DNA of 64,000 nucleotides, taken from the NCBI GenBank assembly GCA_963666835.2, contig CAXXGO010000001.1, positions 608,001 to 672,000 on the forward strand, given 5' to 3'. The position numbers were made by a program, and so were the translations under genes. Below are positions 18,930 through 29,800 of this stretch, piece after piece. This stretch comes from Phycisphaerae bacterium. Its GTDB lineage: Bacteria > Planctomycetota > Phycisphaerae > UBA1845. Positions within the stretch are counted from its first letter, which is position 1, and every line of letters begins with the position of its first letter. The notes under the pieces are model-generated. The model saw nothing but the letters and a program-made list of their open reading frames with translations, was not told where the DNA came from and ran no database searches.

Positions 18930-21539
18930 CTACCCGCCTTCCGAAGCGGCAGTCTCCAGTGCGTGAATCCTGCTCCGGATATCATCGACGACCGGCAGGC
19001 CCTCCAGCCCGGGGAGCAGTAGGCTCTGCTGATAGGTTGCGATCGCAAGTTGTGGCTCGCCGTTAGCCGCGTATAGGTCTCCAAGTTGCCATAGGATTGC
19101 CGGGTGCTGGTAGTTCGTTCTCTCGGCCGCCAGTTTGCACAGCCGCACGGCCTCGGCCGTGTCGCGCAGATCCTCCGGATAGACTTCGTTCAACAGGCGG
19201 GCGCAAGTGCGCAGCAACCCGATCGTCGCCGGACCGCTCTCCATCAGCTCTTCGGCCAGCGTGAGGGCTCGTAGGCTGAGGGCACGGGCCTCGGTTTCGT
19301 CTCCCCGTTGCGCCGCACGTCGCGCGAGAACTCCCAAGCCTACCAGGATCCGCTCCCGGGTCTCCACGCGATCGGGTTCGAATTCGGCCAACTGCTCGAG
19401 AATTCGCTGCGTGGCGCGAATGTGCTCGTCACACGCGTCCGCGTTCCTCATGTCCGAATTGATCGCGGTCATGGCACCGTGGTACTGCAACAACAGCCGC
19501 AGGCTATCGGCGTCATTCGGGGCAAGCTCAACCAGCGGGCGGAACAACGCCTCCGCTCTGGCGCAGTTGTCCAGCGCCTCCTGCGCGCATCCCGTAAGGG
19601 AGAGCGGACGTGCCGTAGCCAGGCAGGCCCGAGCCAGGGACTTCCGGGCTTCAACATCGCCCGGATTCTCCTTAAACACTTGCTCGGTCATTGCGAGTGT
19701 TTCGCGAATACTCTCCGCGGCCATGGGCCAGTCTTCGATCTCGACGGCTATATCGGCCCGGTGCGCATGAGCTCTGCGTATCGCTTTCCGAATCCCGCTT
19801 CTCCCCGGTTCCAGGTCCAGTAGCGCGCGGGCCGACTCGAGTTGAAGATTGAAATGCGCCATTGCCGGACCAATCCGCCCTTCCTTCAGAACGAAAGCCC
19901 CCATACGCTCGTGGCTCCATACCAGATTATCGAGGTAGTACGGGTTGGCCGGGAACTCCTCGACTAACGCTTCGTCGATAGCCAGTGCTTCGGCGTAATA
20001 CTCGCGAGTTACGTCGACGTCACCCAATTCCTTAGCAACGTCGCCAACCCGGACCATCGCGAGCGAAAGAGCAGCCTGACGATCGGGCACTTCCAGAGCT
20101 GCGGACGCCAAGGCCCGGCGAATCTCCAGCGCTTCAGAGAAGCGCTCGAACGCCTGCCGGTGGCGCCCGAGTGCCTGATCGATTCCCCCAAGATCCCGAA
20201 GCGTACAAGCGTAATCGGCCTGCAAGGCCGGGTCATCCGCGCGTTGCTCAAGGAGCTTCTGGAGATTCTCATATGCATTCTCGAGGATGATCCTGCGAGC
20301 CTCCTCCGCCCCGTCGATCCGCTTGAGTCGCTGAGCGACATCACCCACAAGAACCTCGATGGTCTTCTGGGAATCACGTTTCGCATTATGTGCTTCCGTC
20401 GCGCTGCGGTCCGCCTCCAACTCCGCCGTGACCGCCCGGCCGTACATCGCCGTTATCGTGACTGCGTAGACCAGCGTAGCCGCCACGGCCAGGCATAGCG
20501 CGATTGCGGCTTTTCGATGCCGACGCACGGTTTTGGCGAGCACATACCACGTACTCTCGCGCCTGGCCTCGATTGGCTCGCCGGCCATGAACCGTTGTAT
20601 GTCGGCCATCAGGTCGGTCACGTGCTGGTACCGATCATCGCGGTCCTTGGCGAGGCACTTTTGCGTTACGATGTTCAGGTCGTCGTCAAGACCACGCCGA
20701 GCGGCACCGGGTTGCGGCGGCTCGGACTCTATAATGTTCCGCAGCGCCGTATGCGCCGGCGTCGTCGGATCAAACGGCAGTCTCCCAGTGAGCAGGAAGA
20801 ACAGGATCAACCCCAACGCATGAACGTCCGTGCGGATGTCGATCTCGTCCGGCAAACCTCGGGCCTGCTCCGGACTCGCCCAGTGCAATGAACCGAGAAA
20901 CTGCCCGGTTATCGTGGCTCTGTCCCCTCCGGCGTCATCATCGGCCGAAATGAGCTTCGCCAGTCCGAAGTCGAGGATGTGCGGGTCGCCGTGACCGTCG
21001 ACCAGGATGTTAGCGGGTTTGAGGTCGCGATGGATGATACCGCGGACATGAGCGGCGTTGACGCCCGCACAGATCTTCATGAACAACTGCAGCGCGTCCC
21101 GGACGGTGAGATTGCGGCTCCGGATGTAGACGTCGAGCGGCCGGCCCTCGATGAAGTCCATCACCAGGTAGGGCAGTTCGTCCACCGTTCCGCCGTCGTA
21201 TAGCGTAACGATGTGGGGATGCTTGAGTTTCCCCAGGACATCCAGCTCTCGCCGGAAGCGCAGGCGTTCCACCGCATCGCAGAACCGCCCGGTTCGAAGC
21301 ACTTTGATTGCCACGGTCCGCTCGGTCGAGGCCTGCACGGCCTTGTACACGACGCCCTGCCCGCCCCGGTGAATCAGCTCCGTCAGGGTGTAGCCGGGGA
21401 ACGTATCGGAGGGGACCGCGGGCACCTCGCGGGGCGGTGATACCAGCTCTGCGAGGGCGACCTGGCGGCGGGCGTACTCTATGGGTGACCGCGGCGCGGC
21501 GTCCACGGAAATGTCCTGCTCTGTTCCATCTTGAGGCAT
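18930..21539 (-). CDS. Hanks-type Ser/Thr protein kinase with TM segment and TPR-like C-terminus
   Basis: RGGQGVVY, VAIK, HRDLKPAN, DFG, SPEQ; one hydrophobic helix followed by helical repeats. Confidence 0.95.
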   Translation of the reverse strand: MPQDGTEQDISVDAAPRSPIEYARRQVALAELVSPPREVPAVPSDTFPGYTLTELIHRGGQGVVYKAVQASTERTVAIKVLRTGRFCDAVERLRFRRELDVLGKLKHPHIVTLYDGGTVDELPYLVMDFIEGRPLDVYIRSRNLTVRDALQLFMKICAGVNAAHVRGIIHRDLKPANILVDGHGDPHILDFGLAKLISADDDAGGDRATITGQFLGSLHWASPEQARGLPDEIDIRTDVHALGLILFFLLTGRLPFDPTTPAHTALRNIIESEPPQPGAARRGLDDDLNIVTQKCLAKDRDDRYQHVTDLMADIQRFMAGEPIEARRESTWYVLAKTVRRHRKAAIALCLAVAATLVYAVTITAMYGRAVTAELEADRSATEAHNAKRDSQKTIEVLVGDVAQRLKRIDGAEEARRIILENAYENLQKLLEQRADDPALQADYACTLRDLGGIDQALGRHRQAFERFSEALEIRRALASAALEVPDRQAALSLAMVRVGDVAKELGDVDVTREYYAEALAIDEALVEEFPANPYYLDNLVWSHERMGAFVLKEGRIGPAMAHFNLQLESARALLDLEPGRSGIRKAIRRAHAHRADIAVEIEDWPMAAESIRETLAMTEQVFKENPGDVEARKSLARACLATARPLSLTGCAQEALDNCARAEALFRPLVELAPNDADSLRLLLQYHGAMTAINSDMRNADACDEHIRATQRILEQLAEFEPDRVETRERILVGLGVLARRAAQRGDETEARALSLRALTLAEELMESGPATIGLLRTCARLLNEVYPEDLRDTAEAVRLCKLAAERTNYQHPAILWQLGDLYAANGEPQLAIATYQQSLLLPGLEGLPVVDDIRSRIHALETAASEGG

Positions 21540-21585
21540 GGTCCGGGTACCTCAACAGTCACCAAGCGACAGGGCGGTTAGCGGT

Positions 21586-22245
21586 TCACGTGCCCTTAGA
21601 GAAGAAGTTTGTGCTCCCGCCGAGTAGCTCGGCCAGGCGGTCATGGGCTCGGGCTTTCAGCATGTGGATAGCGCCCCGAGAACGCTCCATCTGATCGGCA
21701 ACGTTGTCGGCCGGGCGCCCTTCCAGATCGCACAGGCGAATCACCTTCTCGTAGTCGGGGGGGAGCTTGCGTAACGCCTTCTCGATCAGATCACTCGCTT
21801 CGCTTCGCGCGGCGCCGCTGGTAGGAGAGGTGCCGTGCCCCGGCAATGAGGCCAACAAGGTGACGTACGACTCGTCGGTCACTGCGTCGCCGACGCGACG
21901 GGCCGGTGACGGACGCTTCTGCCGGTTGAGCGTCTTGATGGCGTCTGCGATGTTGTTCGCGGCGATCCGGCGCAGCCAGGCCTTGAAGGAACCCGACCCG
22001 CGCGGCTCGAACTGCCCAATACGCAGGTAGGCCTCGACATAGGTTACCTGAAGCACGTCCTCAGCATCCAGAATCGACCGATACCGAACACCAATCCGCC
22101 CGCGGAGCCATCCCCGCAGATCCGGGTCATGATGGTGAAGAAGCTGGGTGAGCGCCTCCACATCACCCGACACCGCCGCGGTAGTGAGTTCGTCCTGGGA
22201 AACCAGCATGATGGGGTCCCCGACCGCTGTATTCCGTTCCGCCAC
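21586..22245 (-). CDS. ECF sigma factor, planctomycete STK-associated type
   Basis: GDVEAL, DAEDVLQ, FKAWLRRIA, LRKLPPDY, VADQMERS. Confidence 0.92.
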   Translation of the reverse strand: MAERNTAVGDPIMLVSQDELTTAAVSGDVEALTQLLHHHDPDLRGWLRGRIGVRYRSILDAEDVLQVTYVEAYLRIGQFEPRGSGSFKAWLRRIAANNIADAIKTLNRQKRPSPARRVGDAVTDESYVTLLASLPGHGTSPTSGAARSEASDLIEKALRKLPPDYEKVIRLCDLEGRPADNVADQMERSRGAIHMLKARAHDRLAELLGGSTNFFSKGT

Positions 22246-22465
22246 GTCGACGCTGCGCCATTATAGCAGGGAACTCCGAAAAAAGCTCGGATCAAGGCGT
22301 TAATGGCGGTTCCGGCCGTCGCTTGGACATACATAAGGATGCAGGCCGCGACTTCACGACGGCTTTCCGGTGATATCTTTGATGTATGCGTGAGTCGCCA
22401 AGATCACGGCCGCTTGCATTGGAGCTGTGGGCGGGCCGCGCGGTAACATAGGGAAGGAGCAAGTC

Positions 22466-24835
22466 ATGAGGGTCAATCCAGCAACGTTAACGGCACTTAC
22501 CGTCATTCTGAGCCTGCTCTTCTTTTCCAGCGTTGGGTTCGCAGCGAATACGGGCAGCGCTCGTTCGGGCGACAGCTTTCATTGGATCAGCCCCATAGGT
22601 GGTGCCTTCGCAGCGCCGGCAAACTGGGAGGAAGGCACTCCACCCCAATGGGATGATACGGCTATCTTCGATCTGGCCAGCGTTCCCGGGTACACAGTGA
22701 ACTTCTACTCCGCCATTGACAACGATCGCCTGCTTATCCTCACGGACCGCATCACTTTCGACCTTGGCAATGCTACGTACAACCTCCTGCGTGAAAGTGA
22801 TGATCCCGACGGCCTGGCGGTCACGGTGGGTACCTCAACGGGCGAGGTCGCTCAACTGCACGTGACCAACGGGACATTGCACTCCGTGGGGTGGATCTAC
22901 GTTGGCTATCTGGGGGGTGAGGGGAGCCTCGACATTCACGATGGAGGACACGTCACAACCGATAGATTCTGTGATATCGGCAGTTGGGATGGCAGTTCCG
23001 TCGGTCGCGTATCTGTTGCCGGCACGGATGCGACCTTCGACCTCACGGAATACCTGCAAGTTGGCTACGAAGGCGACGGCACGTTGGAAATAACCGCTGG
23101 TGGACAAGTTACCAATACACGCACTGACATCGGCAATCAACCCGATTCCCAGGGAAGTGTTACCGTATCCGATTCCGGTTCCAACTGGAGCAGCTCAGCC
23201 CATGTCATCGTCGGTAGGTACGGACAAGGCTCACTGTCTGTCGATGACGGCGCCACGGCATCATGCACGTTCTCTCACGTTGGCGAAGCCATTAGCGGCG
23301 TTGGCGACGTTCTAGTTTCGGGCGACGGATCGGCGTGGCTGTTGTCGGGACGCCTGAATGTCGGCTTGGATGGGAACGGCACACTACACATCGCAGACGG
23401 TGCCACCGTTGAGAGCGATTACGGCATTGTTGGTGATCATCCCGGGGCTGTTGGAGATGTCGTAGTGACCGGTGTCGGGTCACTCTGGAGCGCAGCCACG
23501 ACGCTTCGCATCGGTCCCGGAGGATCCGGAACGCTGACAGTTGCCAACGGTGCCGCGGTCGAGGTTGGCGACTGGCTGTGGGTCGGTACAGGCGATGACA
23601 CTTTGGACGTATCCGGAGCCGGGTACGTAACGGTTGGTTCCGGAACAGAGACGCCGGAGAGTAGCGCAGTACTTGTCCGCCCTGACGGCTACCTGTACGG
23701 CGGCGGCGGAGCCGTCGTTGGCGATATAGACAACCACGGAACCGTGGTTGCATTGCGCGGATCAGGCGTATTCTCGAACAGCGGATCCTACACACAGGAC
23801 GGTGCCGCGGCCTACGGCGTAGAGATCGGAGGTCGAGAGGTTGGGATCGATTATGGTCAGCTTGCCATTGCGGGGACAAGCTGGCTCGACGGCACCCTGA
23901 TTGTTGCACTGGCGGACTACTTCGTTCCCGCGGACGACGACGTGTTTAACGTCATGACCTGTCCCTCGCGACTTGGAGTGTTCTCCAATATCCAGTGTGC
24001 GGGAGGCTACGACTGCGGCGTTTCATACACGGACACGGCCGTCACCGTGAGCATGGAATCCAACGGTCGCCCACTACATGACACGCAAGCCGGCTACATT
24101 GGCAACAGCGGCTTGTCTTCGCAGCAAGGGCTTGGGCTGCACCGACGTGTCTATCAACCAATGCCGATCAATCCCCAAGAGTGTTCAATCTCGCAGCTTG
24201 CCGTGATCCTATCGGCCACGATCATGGAAGAGGGCGAGAGTCGACCGCTCACAAGAGAAGAGTATATCGGCCGGACTATCACCGTGGAGTTCCTTCTTGG
24301 TCATTACACGGAGGAGACCGGATTCGTCCCAGACGGCACCGTTCCGGAGATCCCGGACCGGGAGATCGTAATACAGGATCATATGCTCACCGACGCCTCT
24401 GAGGATCCGGAAACGTATAAGAGGCTCTTGCTCGGATTCACTGGGATCGCTGTGCCCGCAGGGAAGGAGCTTAACATCGGGGTTGTCGGTCAATTCGACC
24501 TGTCTCCCGATGAAGAACGTTTCGCCGTCCCTGAATCCACTTCGGTTCGCGTGGCCGCCGCAGGTCATCGTGCGGGGTACCCGAGTGCGTGGTTCGTTCT
24601 TCCGGATGATCCCGGGCAGCCGCACGGTCTGGTCTCAGGCCAGCCGGGTTTCAGCACCGGGACTCACGCCATGACCGTGACCATAACCGGAGAGGCGGGG
24701 TCAGTTCCGGCCGTTTCGACGTGGGGATTGCTTACGATGACGCTACTCATGCTGGTCGCGGGGACGCTGGTGTATAGGTGGGTGCCGTTTGGACAGAGTG
24801 CCTGGGCCACTCTTCAGGCGAAAACCGTGGATTAG
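22466..24835 (+). CDS. Secreted T5SS/PEP-CTERM-associated beta-repeat protein with IPTL-CTERM-like sorting signal
   Basis: AAGGAG RBS, signal peptide, repeated 'VG..G.GTL.I.dGa.V...G.V.V.G.GS.W', C-terminal VPAVSTWGLLTMTLLMLVAG. Confidence 0.85.
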   Translation: MRVNPATLTALTVILSLLFFSSVGFAANTGSARSGDSFHWISPIGGAFAAPANWEEGTPPQWDDTAIFDLASVPGYTVNFYSAIDNDRLLILTDRITFDLGNATYNLLRESDDPDGLAVTVGTSTGEVAQLHVTNGTLHSVGWIYVGYLGGEGSLDIHDGGHVTTDRFCDIGSWDGSSVGRVSVAGTDATFDLTEYLQVGYEGDGTLEITAGGQVTNTRTDIGNQPDSQGSVTVSDSGSNWSSSAHVIVGRYGQGSLSVDDGATASCTFSHVGEAISGVGDVLVSGDGSAWLLSGRLNVGLDGNGTLHIADGATVESDYGIVGDHPGAVGDVVVTGVGSLWSAATTLRIGPGGSGTLTVANGAAVEVGDWLWVGTGDDTLDVSGAGYVTVGSGTETPESSAVLVRPDGYLYGGGGAVVGDIDNHGTVVALRGSGVFSNSGSYTQDGAAAYGVEIGGREVGIDYGQLAIAGTSWLDGTLIVALADYFVPADDDVFNVMTCPSRLGVFSNIQCAGGYDCGVSYTDTAVTVSMESNGRPLHDTQAGYIGNSGLSSQQGLGLHRRVYQPMPINPQECSISQLAVILSATIMEEGESRPLTREEYIGRTITVEFLLGHYTEETGFVPDGTVPEIPDREIVIQDHMLTDASEDPETYKRLLLGFTGIAVPAGKELNIGVVGQFDLSPDEERFAVPESTSVRVAAAGHRAGYPSAWFVLPDDPGQPHGLVSGQPGFSTGTHAMTVTITGEAGSVPAVSTWGLLTMTLLMLVAGTLVYRWVPFGQSAWATLQAKTVD

Positions 24836-25303
24836 GAACCGGAGTCCCGCATCCATGAACCATAACAGCGCTCCACCAGCCGTGTCGAATACGTCCGGCG
24901 ATCACCGGGCTGAAAGGCGTCTGCGCCCGGAATCGGCTGGATTCCACGACGGGACACGTAGTCGAGACTCGTGCCCCTTCACACCAGGATGGGCTGGCGA
25001 CATCTTGGTGCAACCAAGCGGATCCGATCCCGCGGCGATCATTGCAGACGTTAGCGAGGATCTTACTCGGGGCTCTCTCTGGGTTCACATAGGTAACGGG
25101 TGTTTAGAGAACGCGGCTGTTCCAATACATGGTGGTATTGCAGCAGTGCGCCTGAGACGCCGTTGGGGTGCGATCCCTATTGATTGGCCGCCGCTCCAGG
25201 GAGGGGCACGAACCCCATCTTCCCTATTATGGCTACTAACCCACTATGGATGAAGAGCTTAAGAAACAGCGCGAAACGAAATGAACGACACTACAAATGT
25301 GGG

Positions 25304-25332
25304 TTGACAGTTTCGCCTTAGTTTGGTAGTAT
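25304..25332 (+). promoter_or_regulatory. Sigma70-type promoter upstream of the fibre gene
   Basis: TTGACA (25304-25309), 17 bp, TAGTAT (25327-25332) with an extended -10 TG. Confidence 0.65.
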
Positions 25333-25746
25333 AACTGCGATCATGATCTGGGCATTGTCGATTCTCTTGGTCAGTTCGACAACCGACCGGCGGTGGCATC
25401 TGCGTATGGCCCTCCGTCAGATTCGGTGTCGGCCAAATGGTCTGTGTTGAGCGCGTTTGGTTGTGGAACATCTGTGTTATGGAGTATTGCGGACCGCACT
25501 CGGTCTTGAGGGGTGCGGGCACACCGCATAGTAAAACAGGTCGCCCGGCGGCGTCTGGCGCTTCCGGCCTAACGACTGGGATTCTGAGTGTAGCGCACCT
25601 ATGCTCCGTTGTTGCCGTGCGTGGAGTAGCGGCAACCCGGGCGGGGTCTGCGCAAGAGTATCACGTGGGGCGACGTCGTCGGTGTCTGCAGCACCGCGAC
25701 AACGTCGGCAGAGCGGTCATATTGGCTACGTAAGGAGTGCGAGACG

Positions 25747-26853
25747 ATGAGGCTGATCAGTTGCGGAGTCCTTGTTCTTGTCGTGTCTGTCAATGCAGTG
25801 CCGTCGGCGCTGGGCGGGCCCGTGTCGAGGTCCAAGTTCACGTATCAGGGGCAACTCACGTTGGACGGGCAGAAAATCAACCAGCCGTGCGACTTCGAGT
25901 TCTGCCTGTTTGATGATCCGGTCGGCGGCAACGAGATTGGGTGTATTGAAGAGCCTGCCCTCCCGGTTGAGGACGGGGTCTTCACGGTCATGCTCGACTT
26001 TGGCATGGCCGCCATGCGGATAGACCCGCTCTGGTTGGAGATTAAGGCCGATTGTACTGGAGCAACCGATACTCTAAGGCCTCGCCAGCAGCTTACGGGA
26101 TCGCCGTTCGCCATCCGCGCGTTCGGCATGGTCCCGATCGGCTCGATTCAGGCTTGGCATAAGGACCTTTTCGACACTCCCGTTCTTCCGGACGGGTGGT
26201 TAGAGTGCAACGGACAGGAGGTGGACGATTCGGAAAGCCCGTTTCACGGAAAGACGCTGCCGAATTTGAACGGTGAAGCCCGGTTTCTGAGAGGCGGGGC
26301 GGACTCCGGCCTATTCGAATCCGATGCAATACGTTCCCACAACCATACCATAGACCATGACCACGGCGCTGTTGATACCGGAAACAACAACGTCGGGCAT
26401 ACGCACGCTATGGCGCATACCCATGCGATTGATCCGCCTAACACGGCGTCCGGTGCCAACAACAAGGATCATACGCATAGCCATAACCACGGGCCGGTGC
26501 AGACTAGTGGCGCTGGAAACGCGGCTTCTGTGCAGAATCTTCCCAATGTATATAACATGACTGCTGTTATGAACGGGTTTATAGGAAAGACATGGCAGTC
26601 TGCGGACGCACACAAGCATACGGTAGACCTACCGAACAAGGTCTCAAGTACGCAAAGCACTAATCACTCGCATAGTGTGAACATCGCCCCCTTTACCTCG
26701 GGGGCGAGTAGCGCCGGGAGTACCGGGGACGTAAGCGCCAACCACCATCATACCGTGGACCTGCCTAACTACACGGGCGTGTCCGGATCTTGCGGCGGTA
26801 CGGAGACGAGGCCGGTCAACATGTCTGTGGTGTGGATCATACGAGTCAAATAA
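25747..26853 (+). CDS. Signal-peptide-bearing phage tail-fibre-like protein (FTYQG N-domain, collar domain, HxH needle)
   Basis: AAGGAG RBS; signal peptide; FTYQGQL...GVFTVMLDFG...PRQQLT.SPFA; collar PIGSI..W...PDGWLECNGQ...LPNL..RFLRG; nine HxH motifs; ETRPVNMSVVWIIRVK end. Confidence 0.85.
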   Translation: MRLISCGVLVLVVSVNAVPSALGGPVSRSKFTYQGQLTLDGQKINQPCDFEFCLFDDPVGGNEIGCIEEPALPVEDGVFTVMLDFGMAAMRIDPLWLEIKADCTGATDTLRPRQQLTGSPFAIRAFGMVPIGSIQAWHKDLFDTPVLPDGWLECNGQEVDDSESPFHGKTLPNLNGEARFLRGGADSGLFESDAIRSHNHTIDHDHGAVDTGNNNVGHTHAMAHTHAIDPPNTASGANNKDHTHSHNHGPVQTSGAGNAASVQNLPNVYNMTAVMNGFIGKTWQSADAHKHTVDLPNKVSSTQSTNHSHSVNIAPFTSGASSAGSTGDVSANHHHTVDLPNYTGVSGSCGGTETRPVNMSVVWIIRVK

Positions 26854-26882
26854 CCGTCAAACTGCGTCAGAGGAGAATGACG

Positions 26883-29800
26883 ATGTTCGGAGACGCGCGA
26901 TTGTTATCGCTTGACCCGAGGGTCAGCGCGCTCATAGCGGGTGTTCTGCTTGCACCGAGCCTAGCCATAGGCGAACCGCGACTGCGTATCGAACGGCATA
27001 CGATTGCAGGCGGGGGCGGAACGAGTAGTGCGGCGGCTTTGCTCCTTCGTGGCACGATTGGCCAGTGGGACGCGGTCAGGGCGTCCAGCACGGGAGGAAG
27101 CCGCACGCTTGCTCTGACGGGCGGCTTCTGGCCGCGCGAGTGCCAGCCCGGAGAATGTAACGTCCCCAGGACCATCAGAGTCTCCTCGAGTGATCCGGGG
27201 TGGGCCTACGGCGGAAGTTCGGCACTCTCGGGGTCGCTGCCGACGCAGCTCGCCGCCCTCAACAGCGGCCCGCCGCCGTTTGACGAGTCGTCGTGGGTCG
27301 TAATCGATGAGAGTCCACCAGGCGTGCGCAAGAACTGGAACGGTGACGTCCTCAATGAGGGGTTCCGATGTTCCTGCGACGGGATTATCGATGAAGACAC
27401 CCTCGCGGAATGCGAGACATTCCTGCGCGAGCCATACGATCAGAGCTACGTCTCGGCGATCGAGTACATGTACGATGTCGACGAGGTCACGTACGACAAC
27501 TGCTCGTCGGCCTTCTATCGCTGGGTCTTCGACCTGCCTGAGGACCTCTTCCAAGTCGCGATTAGTGGCTGGGCCAACGTCGATGACCAAGGTGTGGTCT
27601 TCCTCAACGGCCATCGCCTGACCGGGGCGATGACTATTCCGGGGTTCAAGAACTGTGCACCGGATGCCCAATGCCATGATCTTAGGAGCTGCAAACCGTG
27701 TATAACCGGCATGGGTGATCCAGGATGCATGGCCTGCGATCCGGATCCGAACTGTAGTTTTCGCGACGCTTGTTATTCGTCTCAGGACTCGTGGCCTGGC
27801 GATCGAGAGGACGATGATCCGGTGGGCGCCCGTGGAACGTCTATTCTCACCTGGCCGGTGGCCGGCCGTTTCAGCACGTCAGAAAGGGCGCACTTTCGGC
27901 CCGGGCAGAACGAGCTCGTGTTTGCTGTGGCGGGTGACGCCCAATGGCTTGAGCCAACCGGACTGGAATTCAGCGCGGTTGTCTACTACGACCCTGATTG
28001 CAACCTTAACGACAGACTCGACTCATGGGACATCCGTGACGCGGTGTCACCCGACTACAACACGAACGGCATCCCGGATGAATGCGAAGGACAAGACTGT
28101 GATGGAGACGGAATCTCGGACAACGTAGAGATCGCAACGGCAGGCAGCCGTGATGACGACCTGAACTACATGCCCGATGAGTGTGAAATCCCAGGAGAGG
28201 AGAAGGGGCTCATCGGGACGTATTACGACGACGTAGATTCCACCGGCCTGGCCATGGCCCGAATCGATCCCTACGTAAACCACGCTTGGGGCTCCGAGGC
28301 ACCCTGGCCGACCTTCAGCCCCGAGTCGTTCAGTGTGCGCTGGGAGGGTACGGTTAAGACCACTGCTGAAAGGGGATCCTACACGTTCTACACCATGACG
28401 GATGGCGGCGAGAGCCTGTGGATCGACGGTCAACTTCTGATCGATGAGTCGGAGGATCAGTCGGCGATTGAGCATCAGCAAGCGATCCAACTTCGGGAAG
28501 ATACCGAATATAGCGTTGTCATGGAGTATTACTCGGTCTCGGACAATGCGTTCGCGCGTTTGTCTTGGCAGCCGCCGGGCCACGAAAAGGAGATCATCCC
28601 AGAGGATAACTTGCGCCCGTTCCCAGACTGCAATGGGGACGGCGTGACGAATCAGCTCGACATCGCACGGGGCCGCTCTCTCGACTGCAATGCGAACGGG
28701 CGTCCGGACGACTGCGATGTTGACTCGGAGTTCAAATCGGACTGCAATGGCAACGGAATGCCGGACGATTGTGAGGTCGAGGTGCGGAATGGGTTGATTG
28801 GGACTTACTTTGACGGTTACAACCATGGTACCGGAGAGTTCATTGGTGAACGGCGAGCCCGGCTGGATGAAACCGTCGATTGGGAGTGGGACGGAAGACC
28901 CTGGCCGGCCTTCGCTGCCGATGAGTTGGGCGTACAATGGGAGGGAAGGCTCCTCACCGGGGACAACGCCGGCTCTTATAACTTCTTCACTTTGGCGCAG
29001 GATGGTGTTTGGCTGACGGTTGGAGGGTTTCTTGTTATCGGCGAATGGGCCGACCACGCGGAAGTTACTGAGTATTCCGGCGCCATCTGGCTCGACGCTT
29101 ACACTGAGTACCTAATCAGCTTCGAGTACTACGACAGCGCAGGCCCCGCTACGGCGGTGCTTAGCTGGCAGCCTCCAGGAGAGACGAAGGTTGTTATTCC
29201 CTCGAGCCATCTTCTCACCGGCGGTGACTGCAATAATAACGGGCTTCCAGATAAGTGCGACATCGAAAGCGGCTATTCGCACGATTGCGACTTTAGCCTA
29301 ATTCCGGATGAATGTGAAAACGACTGTAACGATAATGGGTTTGAAGACTCGTGCGATGTTGCCGAGGGTACCAGCGAAGACTGCAACGCGAACGGTGTAC
29401 CCGATGAATGTGAGGGAGGCCTCGGTTATGCCGAGGACTGCAATAACAACGGGATTCCGGATGAATGTGAGATAGACCGTGTGCCGGACCCGGAAAACCC
29501 GGATGAGCCGGAACGGGACTGCAACACGAACCGATATCTCGATATGTGCGAGTTAGTTCCGCAAGAAGGTCTGATAGGTACCTACTACGATGCCATAAAC
29601 TTCGCGGGTAAGGCGCGCGGCCGAAACGACGCTTCTGTCGACTTCTATTGGGGAGATTCGGCTCCGTGGTATGGGTACGGTCCGGATACATTCAGTATTA
29701 AATGGGTTGGAGGACTGCGGAATCTGCCGGCATCGGGCACGTATACGTTCTATACGGAGACTGACGCCGGCGAACGTCTTTGGATCGACGGACAGTTGCT

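Noticed and set aside
25747..26853. Prophage or contractile injection system
   Set aside because: No structural phage/eCIS genes nearby, and the fibre has a signal peptide
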